A stretch of DNA of 64,000 nucleotides from Candidatus Limnocylindrales bacterium (GTDB taxonomy: Bacteria > Moduliflexota > Moduliflexia > Moduliflexales > JAUQPW01): assembly GCA_035559535.1 (NCBI GenBank), contig DATMBG010000040.1, positions 62,001 through 126,000 on the forward strand, given 5' to 3'. Below are positions 19,470 through 30,236 of the stretch, piece by piece (positions within the stretch are counted from its first letter, which is position 1; each line of letters begins with the position of its first letter). The notes beneath the pieces are model-generated. The model was not told the origin of the DNA and did not search any database. It saw only the letters and a list, made by a program, of their open reading frames with translations. The position numbers were made by a program, and so were the translations under genes.

Positions 19470-20762
19470 GTGCCGTATCGTGCTTCTTTTTATACCCTGG
19501 GTTGTCGCTTAAATCAAGCCGAGACTGCCATCATTAGTAAGACCTTCGAGGAGAAGGGTTATCAGATTGTTGACTTTGATAAAGAAACGGATCTGTGTGT
19601 TATTAACACCTGCTCGGTCACAGAACATAGCGAAGCCAAGTGCCGAAATATTATCCGTTCTGTCCTTCGGAGGTCTCCCCGGGCATTCATTGCAGTGACC
19701 GGTTGCTATGCCCAAATTGGAGTCGATAGCCTTAAAAAAATAGAAGGAATAGATCTGATTGCAGGGACCGAATATAAAATGAAATTAGCCCAATATGTTC
19801 AAGAGCCTCTCAAGCTCCCGACCCCGGTCATTCTTCATTCGCGGCGAATATCCCGGGATAATTTTATCCTGGAAACAACCGGAAATCATAATGAGGTGAC
19901 CCGGGCTAACTTAAAAATCCAGGATGGTTGTGATTTTTTCTGCACATTTTGTATTATTCCTTTTACCCGGGGGCGTGAAAGAAGTCGGAAGTTAGGAGAT
20001 TTACTCCGGGAAGCCACCGAGCTGGCCCGACAAGGCCATAAGGAAATCGTTTTGACCGGGGTCAATATTGGAAGATATTCCGATGAAGGAAAAACCCTTT
20101 TGGACGTGATTAAGGCCTTAGAGGAGATCGATGAAATCCAGCGTATTCGGATTACTTCCATTGAACCTACCACTGTTCAGGAGGAAGTAATAGATCATAT
20201 GGCCTCTTCGCAAAAGCTCTGCCCTTATTTTCATATTCCCGTTCAAAGTGGGGACGATAAGATCCTTCGGGCCATGAACCGAAGGTATACGGTCAGAGAT
20301 TATGTTCAATTTGTAGAACGGATTATGCAAAAAGTTTCCGAGGTAGGATTAGGGACCGATATCATCGTAGGATTCCCGGGAGAAGGAGAGGCTGAGTTTG
20401 AAAATACCCGAAGGCTTTTGGAAGAGCTTCCCTTAAGTTATGCCCATATATTCAGCTACTCTAAACGTCCCATGACCAAAGCGTCTAAAATGAAAGAGAC
20501 GGTCCATCCTGAAATTATTAAGGAGCGGAGTCAAATTCTTCGAGAGCTTTCTGCAAAGAAACGGCAACAGTTCTACAGTCATTATCTCGGGAAGACGGTT
20601 CGGGTTCTGTTTGAGACTCGAAATGAAGAAGGAATTTTTACCGGTCTTACTTCTAATTACATGCGGGTCGGTACCATTACCGGTCTGGATCTGTCCCGCC
20701 AAATTCGAGATGTCAAGATAACCGAAATTCTGGGAGATATGGCCTTAGGAATCCTGATTTAA
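19470..20762 (+). CDS. mtaB: tRNA t6A37 methylthiotransferase MtaB (radical SAM)
   Basis: TLGCRLNQAE, INTCSVT, VTGCYAQ, LKIQDGCDFFCTFC (CxxxCxxC). Confidence 0.9.
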   Translation: MPYRASFYTLGCRLNQAETAIISKTFEEKGYQIVDFDKETDLCVINTCSVTEHSEAKCRNIIRSVLRRSPRAFIAVTGCYAQIGVDSLKKIEGIDLIAGTEYKMKLAQYVQEPLKLPTPVILHSRRISRDNFILETTGNHNEVTRANLKIQDGCDFFCTFCIIPFTRGRERSRKLGDLLREATELARQGHKEIVLTGVNIGRYSDEGKTLLDVIKALEEIDEIQRIRITSIEPTTVQEEVIDHMASSQKLCPYFHIPVQSGDDKILRAMNRRYTVRDYVQFVERIMQKVSEVGLGTDIIVGFPGEGEAEFENTRRLLEELPLSYAHIFSYSKRPMTKASKMKETVHPEIIKERSQILRELSAKKRQQFYSHYLGKTVRVLFETRNEEGIFTGLTSNYMRVGTITGLDLSRQIRDVKITEILGDMALGILI

Positions 20763-21203
20763 CAAAGGAACAGGTTTTTTCAATGACCACATCGAGGTTC
20801 TTGTTTTCCTTTATCATACCCTTTCTACGTTGAAACTTCGTATGCCTCACCCCCTTCCCCATAGGAACGATCCCACCTTGTGGAGGGGGGATGCTAACCT
20901 CCTGACCTCCCTTCCCGACGCGGGAAGGAGGAACCGATGGTTGCTAGATTCCTGGGTTCTCCTCTTCCCTTGAAGAGTACATTTTTGCCTACAGCCCTGT
21001 TTTCTCATCTCAAGACTCTATTTGCCTTAAGAAAACATAGGGCAGAACCTGGAAGGAAAGGGGAATGGGAACTGTGATACCAGGTATAGGCTCCTGAACT
21101 CATTATTTTCTTGACAGAATCCGGAATTTGTTCTAGAGAATTCAAAAACAGTTAAATCGAGAGGGTTTTATTAAGAGCTTTAAAAAAGAGGAGAATCTAA
21201 AGT

Positions 21204-22073
21204 ATGGGTCAAGTGAAAATTGTAACAGATACCACGGCGGATCTGTCGAAAGAATTGCGAGAGACCTATGATATTAGAATGGTTCCCACGACGATTTCTA
21301 TTGATATGAAGGCTTATAAGGATACCGTAGAGCTAAGTGCCGAAGAGTTTTACCAAAAGATGAAAGAATCGGATAAAACTCCTGTGACTTCTCCTCCTTC
21401 TCGAAAGGAGTTTTCTACCGTTTATACCGAATTAAGCCAGATCACCGACACCATCATCTCCATCCACCTTTCCTCTAAACTCAGCAAAACATTCGAAGTA
21501 GCCACCAATATGGCTAAATATTGTATAGATTTAGCCCGAAAGCAAGGAAAAAATCTCACCATTGAAGTTGTAGATTCTCAGAATACCAGTATTGCCTTAG
21601 GGATGATTGTTATGGAAGCGGCGAAGTTGGCAGCCGCCGGGAAAAATAAGAAAGAAATTTTAGACTATCTGGATAGACTGATCCCACAAGTTAAGACGCT
21701 CTTTATGGTAGATACCCTGGAATATCTTCAAAGGAGTGGTCGGATTGGTCGGGCGGCTGCTTTCATTGGGAACCTCTTTAATTTGAAGCCTATCTTCAGT
21801 ATCGAACAGGGGGAAACGACGGCTAAGGATAAAGTCCGGGGAGGAAAAGTCTTCGAGCGCCTTATAGAACTCATGAAGGAGGAAATACCCGCCGGGAGCA
21901 AGATTAGTTTAGGATTTGCCCACGCCATGGCTGAAGATAAAGTTCGAACCATGCAGCAACTGGTAGAAGCCCAGTACGATTGTGTAGATGTTTATATTTC
22001 GGTTATGGGTTCCAGCGTAGGAGCCACCGTTGGTCCAGGCTCGTTTGGAATGGTTTATTATCCTGCACAGTAG
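21204..22073 (+). CDS. DegV / fatty-acid-binding (FakB) family protein
   Basis: KIVTDTTADL, TSPPS, HLSSKLS, VDS, LEYLQRSGRIG, LKPI, VGPG. Confidence 0.9.
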   Translation: MGQVKIVTDTTADLSKELRETYDIRMVPTTISIDMKAYKDTVELSAEEFYQKMKESDKTPVTSPPSRKEFSTVYTELSQITDTIISIHLSSKLSKTFEVATNMAKYCIDLARKQGKNLTIEVVDSQNTSIALGMIVMEAAKLAAAGKNKKEILDYLDRLIPQVKTLFMVDTLEYLQRSGRIGRAAAFIGNLFNLKPIFSIEQGETTAKDKVRGGKVFERLIELMKEEIPAGSKISLGFAHAMAEDKVRTMQQLVEAQYDCVDVYISVMGSSVGATVGPGSFGMVYYPAQ

Positions 22074-22087
22074 ATTCGCTTCAGGTT

Positions 22088-23242
22088 CTAGCCCAGAAGT
22101 TCAAATAACGCCCTATCCAATCCGTATTTTTGAATAAGTTCTTCGTCTACCATCTTAACCGAAGCTAATCCTTTTTGAGCATAGGAGACGATTTCTGCAC
22201 GGGGGTGCTGAGGGGTTTGCAGATAACTTATACACTGATCCAGTACGTCGCTAATCCCCAATACCATCTCATCTGGAGATGTTGCATCCTCTATGGTGAA
22301 GTTGTTCTTATTGGCTAATAAATTGTCATGGAGCGATTTGAGAAACGGATAGTCTTCCGACTTTTGAGAAAGCGTCTGCAAAAAGACTCTGAAGAATTGA
22401 CCTTTTCCAAAAAGTCGATCTAAGGATTGTTCTATTCCCAACACGATCTTTTGTATCACTTCCAACACTTCTGTAATATCCGTAGTTGAAAATGCTTCTG
22501 AGGTCTCCAGCTCCTCCTCTTCTGCTTCAGAAACAGGTTCCAGCTCGGCTTCCCCCTCCTCTACCGGGTCAACTTCTTTCTCTTCCTCTATTTCCTTCCT
22601 GGGAGTCGGGATAGGTTTAGCCGGAGTTGACTTTTTAACCTTTCCGGAATCTGTAACCTGGTATACGTTCATGACATATCCTACTTCGTTAGCAACTTCC
22701 AAAATTTTAGCCAGACCTTTTTTCCCGGATAACGTAACGCCATCTTCTCCGCTAAACAAACTTTCAATAAGCCTTCCTTCTTCCAGAAAAATAAAAGCCT
22801 GACCGTGGCCCTCGTTCATTTGAATTTCTACGTGCCCGGTAATCGCCTTGGTTTTGAGGGTAACCAGAAGATTTTTAATCTGGGTAAACTCGGATAAAAG
22901 GTCTTTATATAAGATTGAACTATGAATCGTCCGCAACATCATTTTAATGACCTGAGGAGAAAGCTCCTGAACGGTTACAAATCCTCCGGCCCCTTGTTTA
23001 ACTTTTTTTATAATGTTAACGACCGCTTCTTTGCCAAGAACTTTAGGTTTTCCATCCTGATATTCCTCTATACTTTCCATTAACTTCCCGTCTTCATAAA
23101 TAAGGGCACCCTCGTAATTATCAAAGCGAACCCGAATATACCCGGTAAAGTTATCTTTTTCTAGTTCCCGGAGAACTCCATCTATATTTATAAAGGATGT
23201 TTTGAGATTTTCAATGATTGCCTTTCCTTGCGGGTATAACAT
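22088..23242 (-). CDS. Hypothetical protein with two tandem DUF4388/DUF2226-like domains and acidic linker
   Basis: Internal repeat: ENLKTSFIN..FTGYIRV..GALIYEDGKL vs KDLLSEFTQ..ITGHVEI..AFIFLEEGRL. Confidence 0.6.
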   Translation of the reverse strand: MLYPQGKAIIENLKTSFINIDGVLRELEKDNFTGYIRVRFDNYEGALIYEDGKLMESIEEYQDGKPKVLGKEAVVNIIKKVKQGAGGFVTVQELSPQVIKMMLRTIHSSILYKDLLSEFTQIKNLLVTLKTKAITGHVEIQMNEGHGQAFIFLEEGRLIESLFSGEDGVTLSGKKGLAKILEVANEVGYVMNVYQVTDSGKVKKSTPAKPIPTPRKEIEEEKEVDPVEEGEAELEPVSEAEEEELETSEAFSTTDITEVLEVIQKIVLGIEQSLDRLFGKGQFFRVFLQTLSQKSEDYPFLKSLHDNLLANKNNFTIEDATSPDEMVLGISDVLDQCISYLQTPQHPRAEIVSYAQKGLASVKMVDEELIQKYGLDRALFELLG

Positions 23243-23308
23243 AATCGTAACTTCGGGATTCCAAGGCTCAAGAGATCGGACTTGATACCTTAGAGTCTTC
23301 TTATTTTT

Positions 23309-24325
23309 TTAACCGAACAGATCATCCGCCAACTGGTCATAGTCTGGTTTTTCCTGCTTCTTTTTACTTTTCTTCTTTTCAGGAACCCGGATAATCTTCT
23401 GGTTGTAGAGTTTGAGAATTAATTTGAGTGTATCCAGTTGGTTATAATTACTATGATAAACAACCTCGTCAAGGGTTGAATACCGATTAATGAGATTAAG
23501 AATATTTAACTCCTGGATACTTAGCCCTTCTTCGGTTAAAGAGGTTACTTCCAGGGGAGTATCCGGAGAAGGAAATTGATCCAGCAAACGGTGATACTCA
23601 TCTAAACGCCGCATCCCTTCCATGAGCAAACCTTCTGCACTTTTTTTCATAGTGGCGACGGGTGGGAGAACTCCTGTATCAAAGGTGAATTGTCCACTTT
23701 TCCAGGTCAGTAAGCGATATACCGCTTCTTCCCCCTTTCGTCGATCCACTATGGCATGGATTACGTTCCCATCCTGAAAATAAATCTCTCCTTTTCGTTG
23801 CCCCGATGTAACAACCAATCTGCCGGTCTTTTTGGTAAGAACCACAAAGGTCTGAAAAAGCTCTCCGATACCTACTTCTTGCAGGTTACCTTTAATGGCG
23901 GCGACGTCTTTTTCCGTCTCCGCCGTTGAGGTTCTCTGAGCAACCTTCACCCGCTCAGATCTCTGGAGTAAAGACCGGATACGGGCTACGACTTCCACGA
24001 TGTGGAAAGGTTTACTGATGTAATCATCGGCACCGGCATTTAGACCTTTGACCCGATCTGAAACATCTTTTTTAGCCGTCAGAAAGATAAAGGGTATCGA
24101 AGCCGTACGAGGATTATTGCGCAACTGTTGACAAAAATCGAAGCCGTTCATATCCGGCATCATCACATCAGAAATAACCAGGTCTGGATCTTTCTTTTCT
24201 ATTTGTTCCAGCCCTTCTACCCCATTGCTGGCAATAAAAACTTCATAACCTTCATCCTCTAAAGCAACGGTTAGTAATTCTATCATTCCAGGTTCATCTT
24301 CCACGATCAGAATCCTGTGGGCCAT
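23309..24325 (-). CDS. Response regulator with DUF4388 (PATAN-like) output domain
   Basis: Receiver ILIVEDE, SDVMMP, LTAK, DDYISKPF; then KGNL, KTGRLVV, GEIYFQDGNVIHA, GEEAVYRLLTW..GQF, LLMEGMRRLDE. Confidence 0.85.
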   Translation of the reverse strand: MAHRILIVEDEPGMIELLTVALEDEGYEVFIASNGVEGLEQIEKKDPDLVISDVMMPDMNGFDFCQQLRNNPRTASIPFIFLTAKKDVSDRVKGLNAGADDYISKPFHIVEVVARIRSLLQRSERVKVAQRTSTAETEKDVAAIKGNLQEVGIGELFQTFVVLTKKTGRLVVTSGQRKGEIYFQDGNVIHAIVDRRKGEEAVYRLLTWKSGQFTFDTGVLPPVATMKKSAEGLLMEGMRRLDEYHRLLDQFPSPDTPLEVTSLTEEGLSIQELNILNLINRYSTLDEVVYHSNYNQLDTLKLILKLYNQKIIRVPEKKKSKKKQEKPDYDQLADDLFG

Positions 24326-24492
24326 CGCTCTATCCCTCTTTAAAATCTTTAAGGTTAAATCCTTTCTGGTGAGACAAAGATCAGATAATTAAAAATGGAC
24401 ATATAAAAATGGCATATAAATTGTAACTTTGAGAGAAAAGATTAAATTGGAAATCATTATATAAAGTAAAAATTTGGAGTCAAGAAAAAAGT

Positions 24493-25278
24493 ATGAAGGT
24501 TTCTACCCCGGGTTCCTCGATTTATTTATCTATTATTATTCCGGTCTATAATGGCGGAAACCAAATTGCAGGTAGTGTAAAAAAAATTATTGATTCTGTA
24601 AAGGATCGGGGTTATACTTTTGAAATCATTTTGATCGATGATGGAAGTCTAGATAATACAGGTCTTGAAATTACAAAACTGGCAGAAAATCTGCCCTGGA
24701 TTCGCTCTCTGTTTAATGAGCAAAACAAAGGAAAAGGATTTTCTGTCCGAAAGGGAATCTTAGCTTCCAGGGGAGAGTATGTGCTTTATACCGACGCAGA
24801 TGTAGCTTATCCGATTTCTCAAGTAGAAGATCTGCTAAAATGCCTTCAAGAAGGGTACGATATTGCTTTGGGTTCCAGGGCGTATGAAGAATCTCGATTT
24901 ATTTTAAGTCCTCGAGATTTTAGATATATCTTTCAAAGACATCTGATCGGTCGGATATTTAATCTATTTGTTCGTGCCGTTCTTTTAGAACAAATACGAG
25001 ACACTCAGAGCGGTTTTAAGTGTTTTACGAGAAAAGCCGCCTTGCACCTGTTTTCTAAACAGTTTCATAATGATTTTAGCTTCGATGTGGAGGTCCTTTT
25101 CCTGGCCCAGAAACTGGGTTATCGTATTAAAGAAATCCCTGTCGTTGTTGAGTACACAGGAGGGCCCAGTAGCGTTAAGTTGCTGAGAGATTCCTTCAGG
25201 ATGTTCTGGGAAGTCTGGCGCATTAAATTCGATTACTGGCGAAGATGTTATCGATTAGATGAAGTCCGACGGATTTAA
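24493..25278 (+). CDS. Glycosyltransferase family 2 (polyprenyl-phosphate glycosyltransferase type)
   Basis: SIIIPVYN, DDGSLD, NKGKG, TDAD, DTQSGFK, FDVEVL. Confidence 0.9.
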   Translation: MKVSTPGSSIYLSIIIPVYNGGNQIAGSVKKIIDSVKDRGYTFEIILIDDGSLDNTGLEITKLAENLPWIRSLFNEQNKGKGFSVRKGILASRGEYVLYTDADVAYPISQVEDLLKCLQEGYDIALGSRAYEESRFILSPRDFRYIFQRHLIGRIFNLFVRAVLLEQIRDTQSGFKCFTRKAALHLFSKQFHNDFSFDVEVLFLAQKLGYRIKEIPVVVEYTGGPSSVKLLRDSFRMFWEVWRIKFDYWRRCYRLDEVRRI

Positions 25279-25290
25279 CTCTCTCCGATT

Positions 25291-26043
25291 ATGACCATCG
25301 AGATTAACCATCTTACTAAAAGATACGGTAACATCACGGCAGTATCTGATCTGACCCTCCAAATTGCCCAGGGGGAATTTTTCGGGTTTTTAGGTCCCAA
25401 CGGAGCCGGAAAAACAACGACCATAAAAATCCTGGCCGGATTGTTAAAACCAACCTCAGGAACAGTTCGAATTGCGGGTTTTGATATCCAGCACCAACCT
25501 TTGGAAACCAAACGGATTATTGGATTCATTCCAGACCGACCGTTCATCTACCCAAAGCTAACGGGACGGGAGTTTCTGAAGTTTGTCGCAGGGCTTTATG
25601 AATTGGAGAGCGATGTCTGTCTAAAACGGATCGAACGGCTTCTAGACATGTTTGAATTAACCGCCTGGGGAGATGAACTCATAGAAAGTTACTCCCACGG
25701 CATGAAGCAAAAATTAGTCATGTCTTCAGCTTTACTTCATCAGCCCAAAGTTCTCATCGTAGACGAACCCATGGTGGGATTGGATCCCAAAGGGGCCCGG
25801 GTAGTTAAAGAAATTTTTAAACGGGTCAGTCAGGAGGGAACTACGATTTTCATGTCGACCCACAGTTTGGAAGTTGCCGAACAAATGTGCCATCGTATCG
25901 GGATTATCCTCAAAGGAAATCTTATTGCCCAGGGAACTATGGGTGAATTACAGCAAATGGCCCAAACTTCCTTGAACCGACTGGAAGATATCTTTTTAGA
26001 ACTGACCGGTGGTTCCGAGATACAGGAAATCGCCGTGTTTTAA
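25291..26043 (+). CDS. ABC exporter ATP-binding protein
   Basis: GPNGAGKTT, YSHGMKQK, VDEPMVGLDP. Confidence 0.9.
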   Translation: MTIEINHLTKRYGNITAVSDLTLQIAQGEFFGFLGPNGAGKTTTIKILAGLLKPTSGTVRIAGFDIQHQPLETKRIIGFIPDRPFIYPKLTGREFLKFVAGLYELESDVCLKRIERLLDMFELTAWGDELIESYSHGMKQKLVMSSALLHQPKVLIVDEPMVGLDPKGARVVKEIFKRVSQEGTTIFMSTHSLEVAEQMCHRIGIILKGNLIAQGTMGELQQMAQTSLNRLEDIFLELTGGSEIQEIAVF

Positions 26044-26087
26044 AAAATCATGCCCTCCTTATTCCTGATCTCTGACTCCCAAAGAAA

Positions 26088-27773
26088 ATGACCTTTTCCG
26101 CCGAACTCGGCCTTCTTTTCCGGCTTAAAAGAAAAACCCTTAAAAACAACCTGACTTACCTCACCGGAGAGAAGGTAACTAAATTTCTTCTCCTCTTAAC
26201 CCTGACGGTTGGTTTCCTCTGCCTGGATTACCTATTTTTCCACCGAATCCTCTCTTACCTGGCAAAAGTTCCCGTGATCGGAACCATTTTGACCGTCCGT
26301 CTTTTAAATATGACCTTTCTGACCTTTTTTTCTATGCTCCTTTTTTCCAATATCATTACTGCACTTTCGACCATTTATCTGTCCACGGACCTTAGTCTTC
26401 TTCTCTCATCCCCTATCCGAATTACTTCTGTGTTTATTTCCAAGTTTATAGATACCATGCTCCATAGCTCATGGATGATCCTTATTTTTGGTTTTCCTAT
26501 TTTTATGGTTTGCGGTCAAGTCTATGCGGCCCCCTTTTTTTATTATCTTCTCATTCCGGTTATTCTGATTCCTTTCCTGGTTATACCGGCGAGTCTGGGG
26601 ATCGGGATAACGGTTCTCCTCATGAGATTCTTTCCGGCCAAACGAACCCAGCAAGTTTTAACAATTCTGGGTGTCCTACTGGCCGGAGTAATGGTTATAT
26701 TTTTCCGGTTTTTAAAACCAGAACAACTTATTCAAGAAGTAGGAGTGACCGAACTCCTGCAATACCTCAGTCAGTCCCGAATACCCTCCTCTTCTTATCT
26801 ACCCAGCACCTGGGCCACCGAAGCCCTTATGGGTATCATTGAAAAAAAACCCGAAGCAGTCGTGAAAAACCTCTTCCTGCTGGGTTTGGGAGCTTCCCTT
26901 TCCTTCGGGTTTATCCTTTACCTGGCTACTCGATTCTATTATGAGGGTTGGTCCGGTTCTGCAGAATCTAAAACGGTTAAAGCAGTTCAATGGCAGACTT
27001 CACCGGTAGATACCCTCCTTTCCTCTCTTACCTTTCTCCACCCTGTCAGCCGGGCTCTTCTGATGAAAGACCTGAAAATTTTCTGGCGGGATACCTCCCA
27101 ATGGTCTCAATTACTCATGCTAGGAGCCCTCCTGATTATTTATTTCTTCAACATCCGAAATCTTCCATTGGATAACATTTATCTCAAGAACCTGGTCTCT
27201 TTTCTAAATCTCGGTCTGGCCGGGTTTGTCCTTGCGGCCTTGGGCTCACGATTTGTTTATCCCACGACCAGTCTGGAAGGGGAGAGTTTTTGGGTCCTCC
27301 ACAGTGCTCCTCTGGATTACCGCCGATTTCTGCTTGAAAAATTTTTTCTCTTCCTATTCCCCCTTATAGGTCTGGCCGAGGTGTTAGTCGTGGTGTCTAA
27401 CCTTCTTCTTAAAGTAGATTCTTATATGATGGGACTGTCTGTGATCACCATTTTTTTTATTACACTGGGATTAACCGGTCTGGGGGTCGGGATGGGAGCT
27501 CTATATCCTAAATTTATCAATGAAAATCCTGCCCAGATAGCAACCAGCCTTGGTGGAATTCTGTATATGATTTGTAGCCTGGGCTATATTGGATTGATAA
27601 TTGTTTTAGAGGCCCGACCAGTCTATGTTCACTTCTCAGAACAGCTATTTTTCCGTTCTATAGGTGGAGTTGAGGTTTATCTCTGCTATGGGATAGCCCT
27701 GCTAATCAGCCTGGTGGTTACCATCCTGCCCATTCGAATGGGGATTTCTGCATTGAAAAAATTAGAGTTATAA
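26088..27773 (+). CDS. Putative ABC exporter permease
   Basis: About 12 hydrophobic segments, DLSLLLSSP, KDLKIFWRD, SLEG; follows the ATPase. Confidence 0.8.
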   Translation: MTFSAELGLLFRLKRKTLKNNLTYLTGEKVTKFLLLLTLTVGFLCLDYLFFHRILSYLAKVPVIGTILTVRLLNMTFLTFFSMLLFSNIITALSTIYLSTDLSLLLSSPIRITSVFISKFIDTMLHSSWMILIFGFPIFMVCGQVYAAPFFYYLLIPVILIPFLVIPASLGIGITVLLMRFFPAKRTQQVLTILGVLLAGVMVIFFRFLKPEQLIQEVGVTELLQYLSQSRIPSSSYLPSTWATEALMGIIEKKPEAVVKNLFLLGLGASLSFGFILYLATRFYYEGWSGSAESKTVKAVQWQTSPVDTLLSSLTFLHPVSRALLMKDLKIFWRDTSQWSQLLMLGALLIIYFFNIRNLPLDNIYLKNLVSFLNLGLAGFVLAALGSRFVYPTTSLEGESFWVLHSAPLDYRRFLLEKFFLFLFPLIGLAEVLVVVSNLLLKVDSYMMGLSVITIFFITLGLTGLGVGMGALYPKFINENPAQIATSLGGILYMICSLGYIGLIIVLEARPVYVHFSEQLFFRSIGGVEVYLCYGIALLISLVVTILPIRMGISALKKLEL

Positions 27774-27881
27774 AATCGGAATCCTGAATAATTACTAAAA
27801 AATTACTTGCTTTTTGTCTCCAGAGCGCGCTACACTAAAAACAAATTAGTTAAGTTCTTGGTTAAAAAGGGAGGGGAAGCT

Positions 27882-28775
27882 ATGAAAGTCTCGGCAGGCC
27901 TTGTAGTTAGTTTTCTAATCCTTTTATGGGTAAACAATCCGGTTTCTGCCAGAATATATAAGTGGTATGACCGCAATGGGGTTGTGCATGTCGCCAATAA
28001 GTTTCCCGACCAGGCCCATGAAAAGGATGGGGTGTTTTCCCTTGAAGAAGTGGATGTATCGGAACCTTCAGGTGTGGTATCTTCTGCAAGCTTATCGATC
28101 CTGAATGCTCAAGCTTATTGGAGCGATGGGCGAGTGACGGTGGTAGGGGAGGTGCAAAATAATACTTCGTCTCAATTGGTGGATCTACGACTTCAGGTGG
28201 TAGGATATGATTCTTCTAATAAGCTTTTTAATATGACCTGGGTAACTCCAGACCCGTCGGTCCTGGATGTAGGAAAGTCCGGGGTTTTTAAAACCTATCT
28301 GGAAGATCCTTATCAATCTGTTAATCGGGTAGAAATTCGATGGGTTGACGCGGAAAATGTCCAGAGAACCCTTTCAACGGTTTATGTTACGAAACCCGGG
28401 ACGGAATCCTCTACAACTTCCCAAAACGTATATACCCCTAGACAAGAAGCCCCTGTAACCGGCGCACCCTATTCATCCGTACCTTCCAGTCCGACGCCTT
28501 ATTACGGTACCACCGGGGGATATGGGTCTATGATGTATGGGTTTGTCCCTTATCTACCCCCTGTTTATGTTCCTTATTCTTACGTGTATCCGGGTACGGT
28601 TATCTATAACAAAAAGATATTTATTTGTCATCGCTGTGGGATACCTCCTAAATTACCTTTTCGTTTCGATCCACCTGTTCGTTTTAATCCCCGGGCTATG
28701 CCGCAGAGTCCTGTGATTCCTATTCAGGAAGGAAAAGCAAAGGGAGGTTCGGATGTTTATCGGAGAAACCGTTAA
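27882..28775 (+). CDS. Secreted DUF4124 + FxLYD-like domain protein with Pro/Tyr-rich tail
   Basis: Likely start ATG 27882 after GGAGG; IYKWYDRNGVVH; VVGEVQNN..VVGYDS. Confidence 0.65.
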   Translation: MKVSAGLVVSFLILLWVNNPVSARIYKWYDRNGVVHVANKFPDQAHEKDGVFSLEEVDVSEPSGVVSSASLSILNAQAYWSDGRVTVVGEVQNNTSSQLVDLRLQVVGYDSSNKLFNMTWVTPDPSVLDVGKSGVFKTYLEDPYQSVNRVEIRWVDAENVQRTLSTVYVTKPGTESSTTSQNVYTPRQEAPVTGAPYSSVPSSPTPYYGTTGGYGSMMYGFVPYLPPVYVPYSYVYPGTVIYNKKIFICHRCGIPPKLPFRFDPPVRFNPRAMPQSPVIPIQEGKAKGGSDVYRRNR

Positions 28776-28795
28776 CTTTTCTTTGGAATTAAGTT

Positions 28796-29392
28796 ATGAG
28801 ATCAAAAACGGGTATGCTAACCTTTGAAGGTAAAGAGAAAAAACTGATCACCCTTCTTATCATCAGTCCCATTCTTTTAGTTCTGGGGATTTTCACGGTG
28901 ACTTTTTTCCACAAAACCGGTACCAGTCAACCCCTGCAAAAACTGGAACCTCCACGGGAAGGATCTCTGGCTCCGAACTTTACCTTTCCTGACCTGGAAG
29001 GCCGGCCGGTGAGCTTGAGCGACTTCAAAGGCAAAGTGGTTTTTGTCAATATCTGGGCAACCTGGTGTCCGACCTGTGTCGATGAAATGGCTTCTATGCA
29101 ACAGCTTTACGACCGGTTCAAAGGAAGAGATTTTGAGATTCTCTCGGTGAGTATCGATGCGTTGGGAGAGCAGGTTGTGGTTCCCTTCATGAAAAAGCAT
29201 CAACTGACCTTCCCGGTGCTCTTGGATCCAACCGGAAAAATCAAAAAACTTTATGCAACTACCGGAGTTCCCGAGAGCTTCATTGTAGATAAAAACGGAA
29301 CCCTCGTACTAAAGGTTATAGGACCTCAAAACTGGGCGGCCCGGGAAGTTGTTACCTACTTTGAGAATCTCCTCAAACAGGGATCAGGATAA
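28796..29392 (+). CDS. TlpA/ResA family thiol-disulfide reductase
   Basis: N-terminal TM, APNFTFPDLEG, NIWATWCPTC, GVPE. Confidence 0.9.
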   Translation: MRSKTGMLTFEGKEKKLITLLIISPILLVLGIFTVTFFHKTGTSQPLQKLEPPREGSLAPNFTFPDLEGRPVSLSDFKGKVVFVNIWATWCPTCVDEMASMQQLYDRFKGRDFEILSVSIDALGEQVVVPFMKKHQLTFPVLLDPTGKIKKLYATTGVPESFIVDKNGTLVLKVIGPQNWAAREVVTYFENLLKQGSG

Positions 29393-29490
29393 TCCTTTAT
29401 CACCTTACATAGAACCTTAACCGGTGTGACCGGTGCTGACAGAAGCAGAGTAATTTATTGAGGTAAACCTTTGATTCCTCTCTAACGCTG

Positions 29491-29526
29491 CCTGGTAGGG
29501 GCGCAAGGCCTTGCGCCCCTACCAGG
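29491..29526. repeat. Perfect 36-bp GTAG-type REP palindrome
   Basis: CCTGGTAGGGGCGCAAGG|CCTTGCGCCCCTACCAGG between convergent genes. Confidence 0.8.
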
Positions 29527-29657
29527 GGGATTTCTTCAACTCTGTAAACTTTCCAATAAGCTGGCGAGGTTAGGTGAGAAAAAACTATTCCTGAAAGCTA
29601 CACCTCTCTCCCGAAGTTTCGGGAGAGGAGCCGGAGGTGAAGGCAAAGTAAACAGGT

Positions 29658-30164
29658 TCAGGTTTCAGAGGAAATATCCGATATTTTAGGCTCTGTCAAC
29701 GCACGATTCAGGCTTTCCAGCAATCTTGAATTTTCTCCTACATAACGATACTCAAGAAAAAACGCCCGGATATTGAGAATAACGGCCAGAATCGCAAAAA
29801 ATCCATGGATCCAACCGGGGATAAGGAGGGTATGGGCTGCCGAGCCCATGGCTACAACAACGATGGTAAGAAGGGTAGAAAGGAGTGCGAAAGGAAAAAC
29901 TCTGGCTTTGAACCTACGGGTCTTCTGAATATAATCAAAGCCTAAATTGTTGGCGAGAACGGCTTCTTTAACACTTAAACCAGAACCGATGAAGTGGGTA
30001 AAGACGATGGAGTGGACAACGCAGGTGAAGAGAGCCGTGAGCAATCCGGCTCCGATGTGATATTGAAAAAGCCAGAGGGATTTCATTGCAATAAATCCGA
30101 GAATAACTGTGATACTAAAAGCAAGGAGGTTCAGGCTAGCCAGAAGGACAAAAATGAATTGCAT
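29658..30164 (-). CDS. Hypothetical 4-TM membrane protein with several intramembrane His
   Basis: Four hydrophobic helices; HIG, VHS..THFIG, IHG. Confidence 0.6.
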   Translation of the reverse strand: MQFIFVLLASLNLLAFSITVILGFIAMKSLWLFQYHIGAGLLTALFTCVVHSIVFTHFIGSGLSVKEAVLANNLGFDYIQKTRRFKARVFPFALLSTLLTIVVVAMGSAAHTLLIPGWIHGFFAILAVILNIRAFFLEYRYVGENSRLLESLNRALTEPKISDISSET

Positions 30165-30236
30165 GGGTTTCAGGAATCAGAGATCAAAAGTCGGAGACCA
30201 CTTTAACTCTTGGTTCCGATCTCTGGTTCCTGGCTT

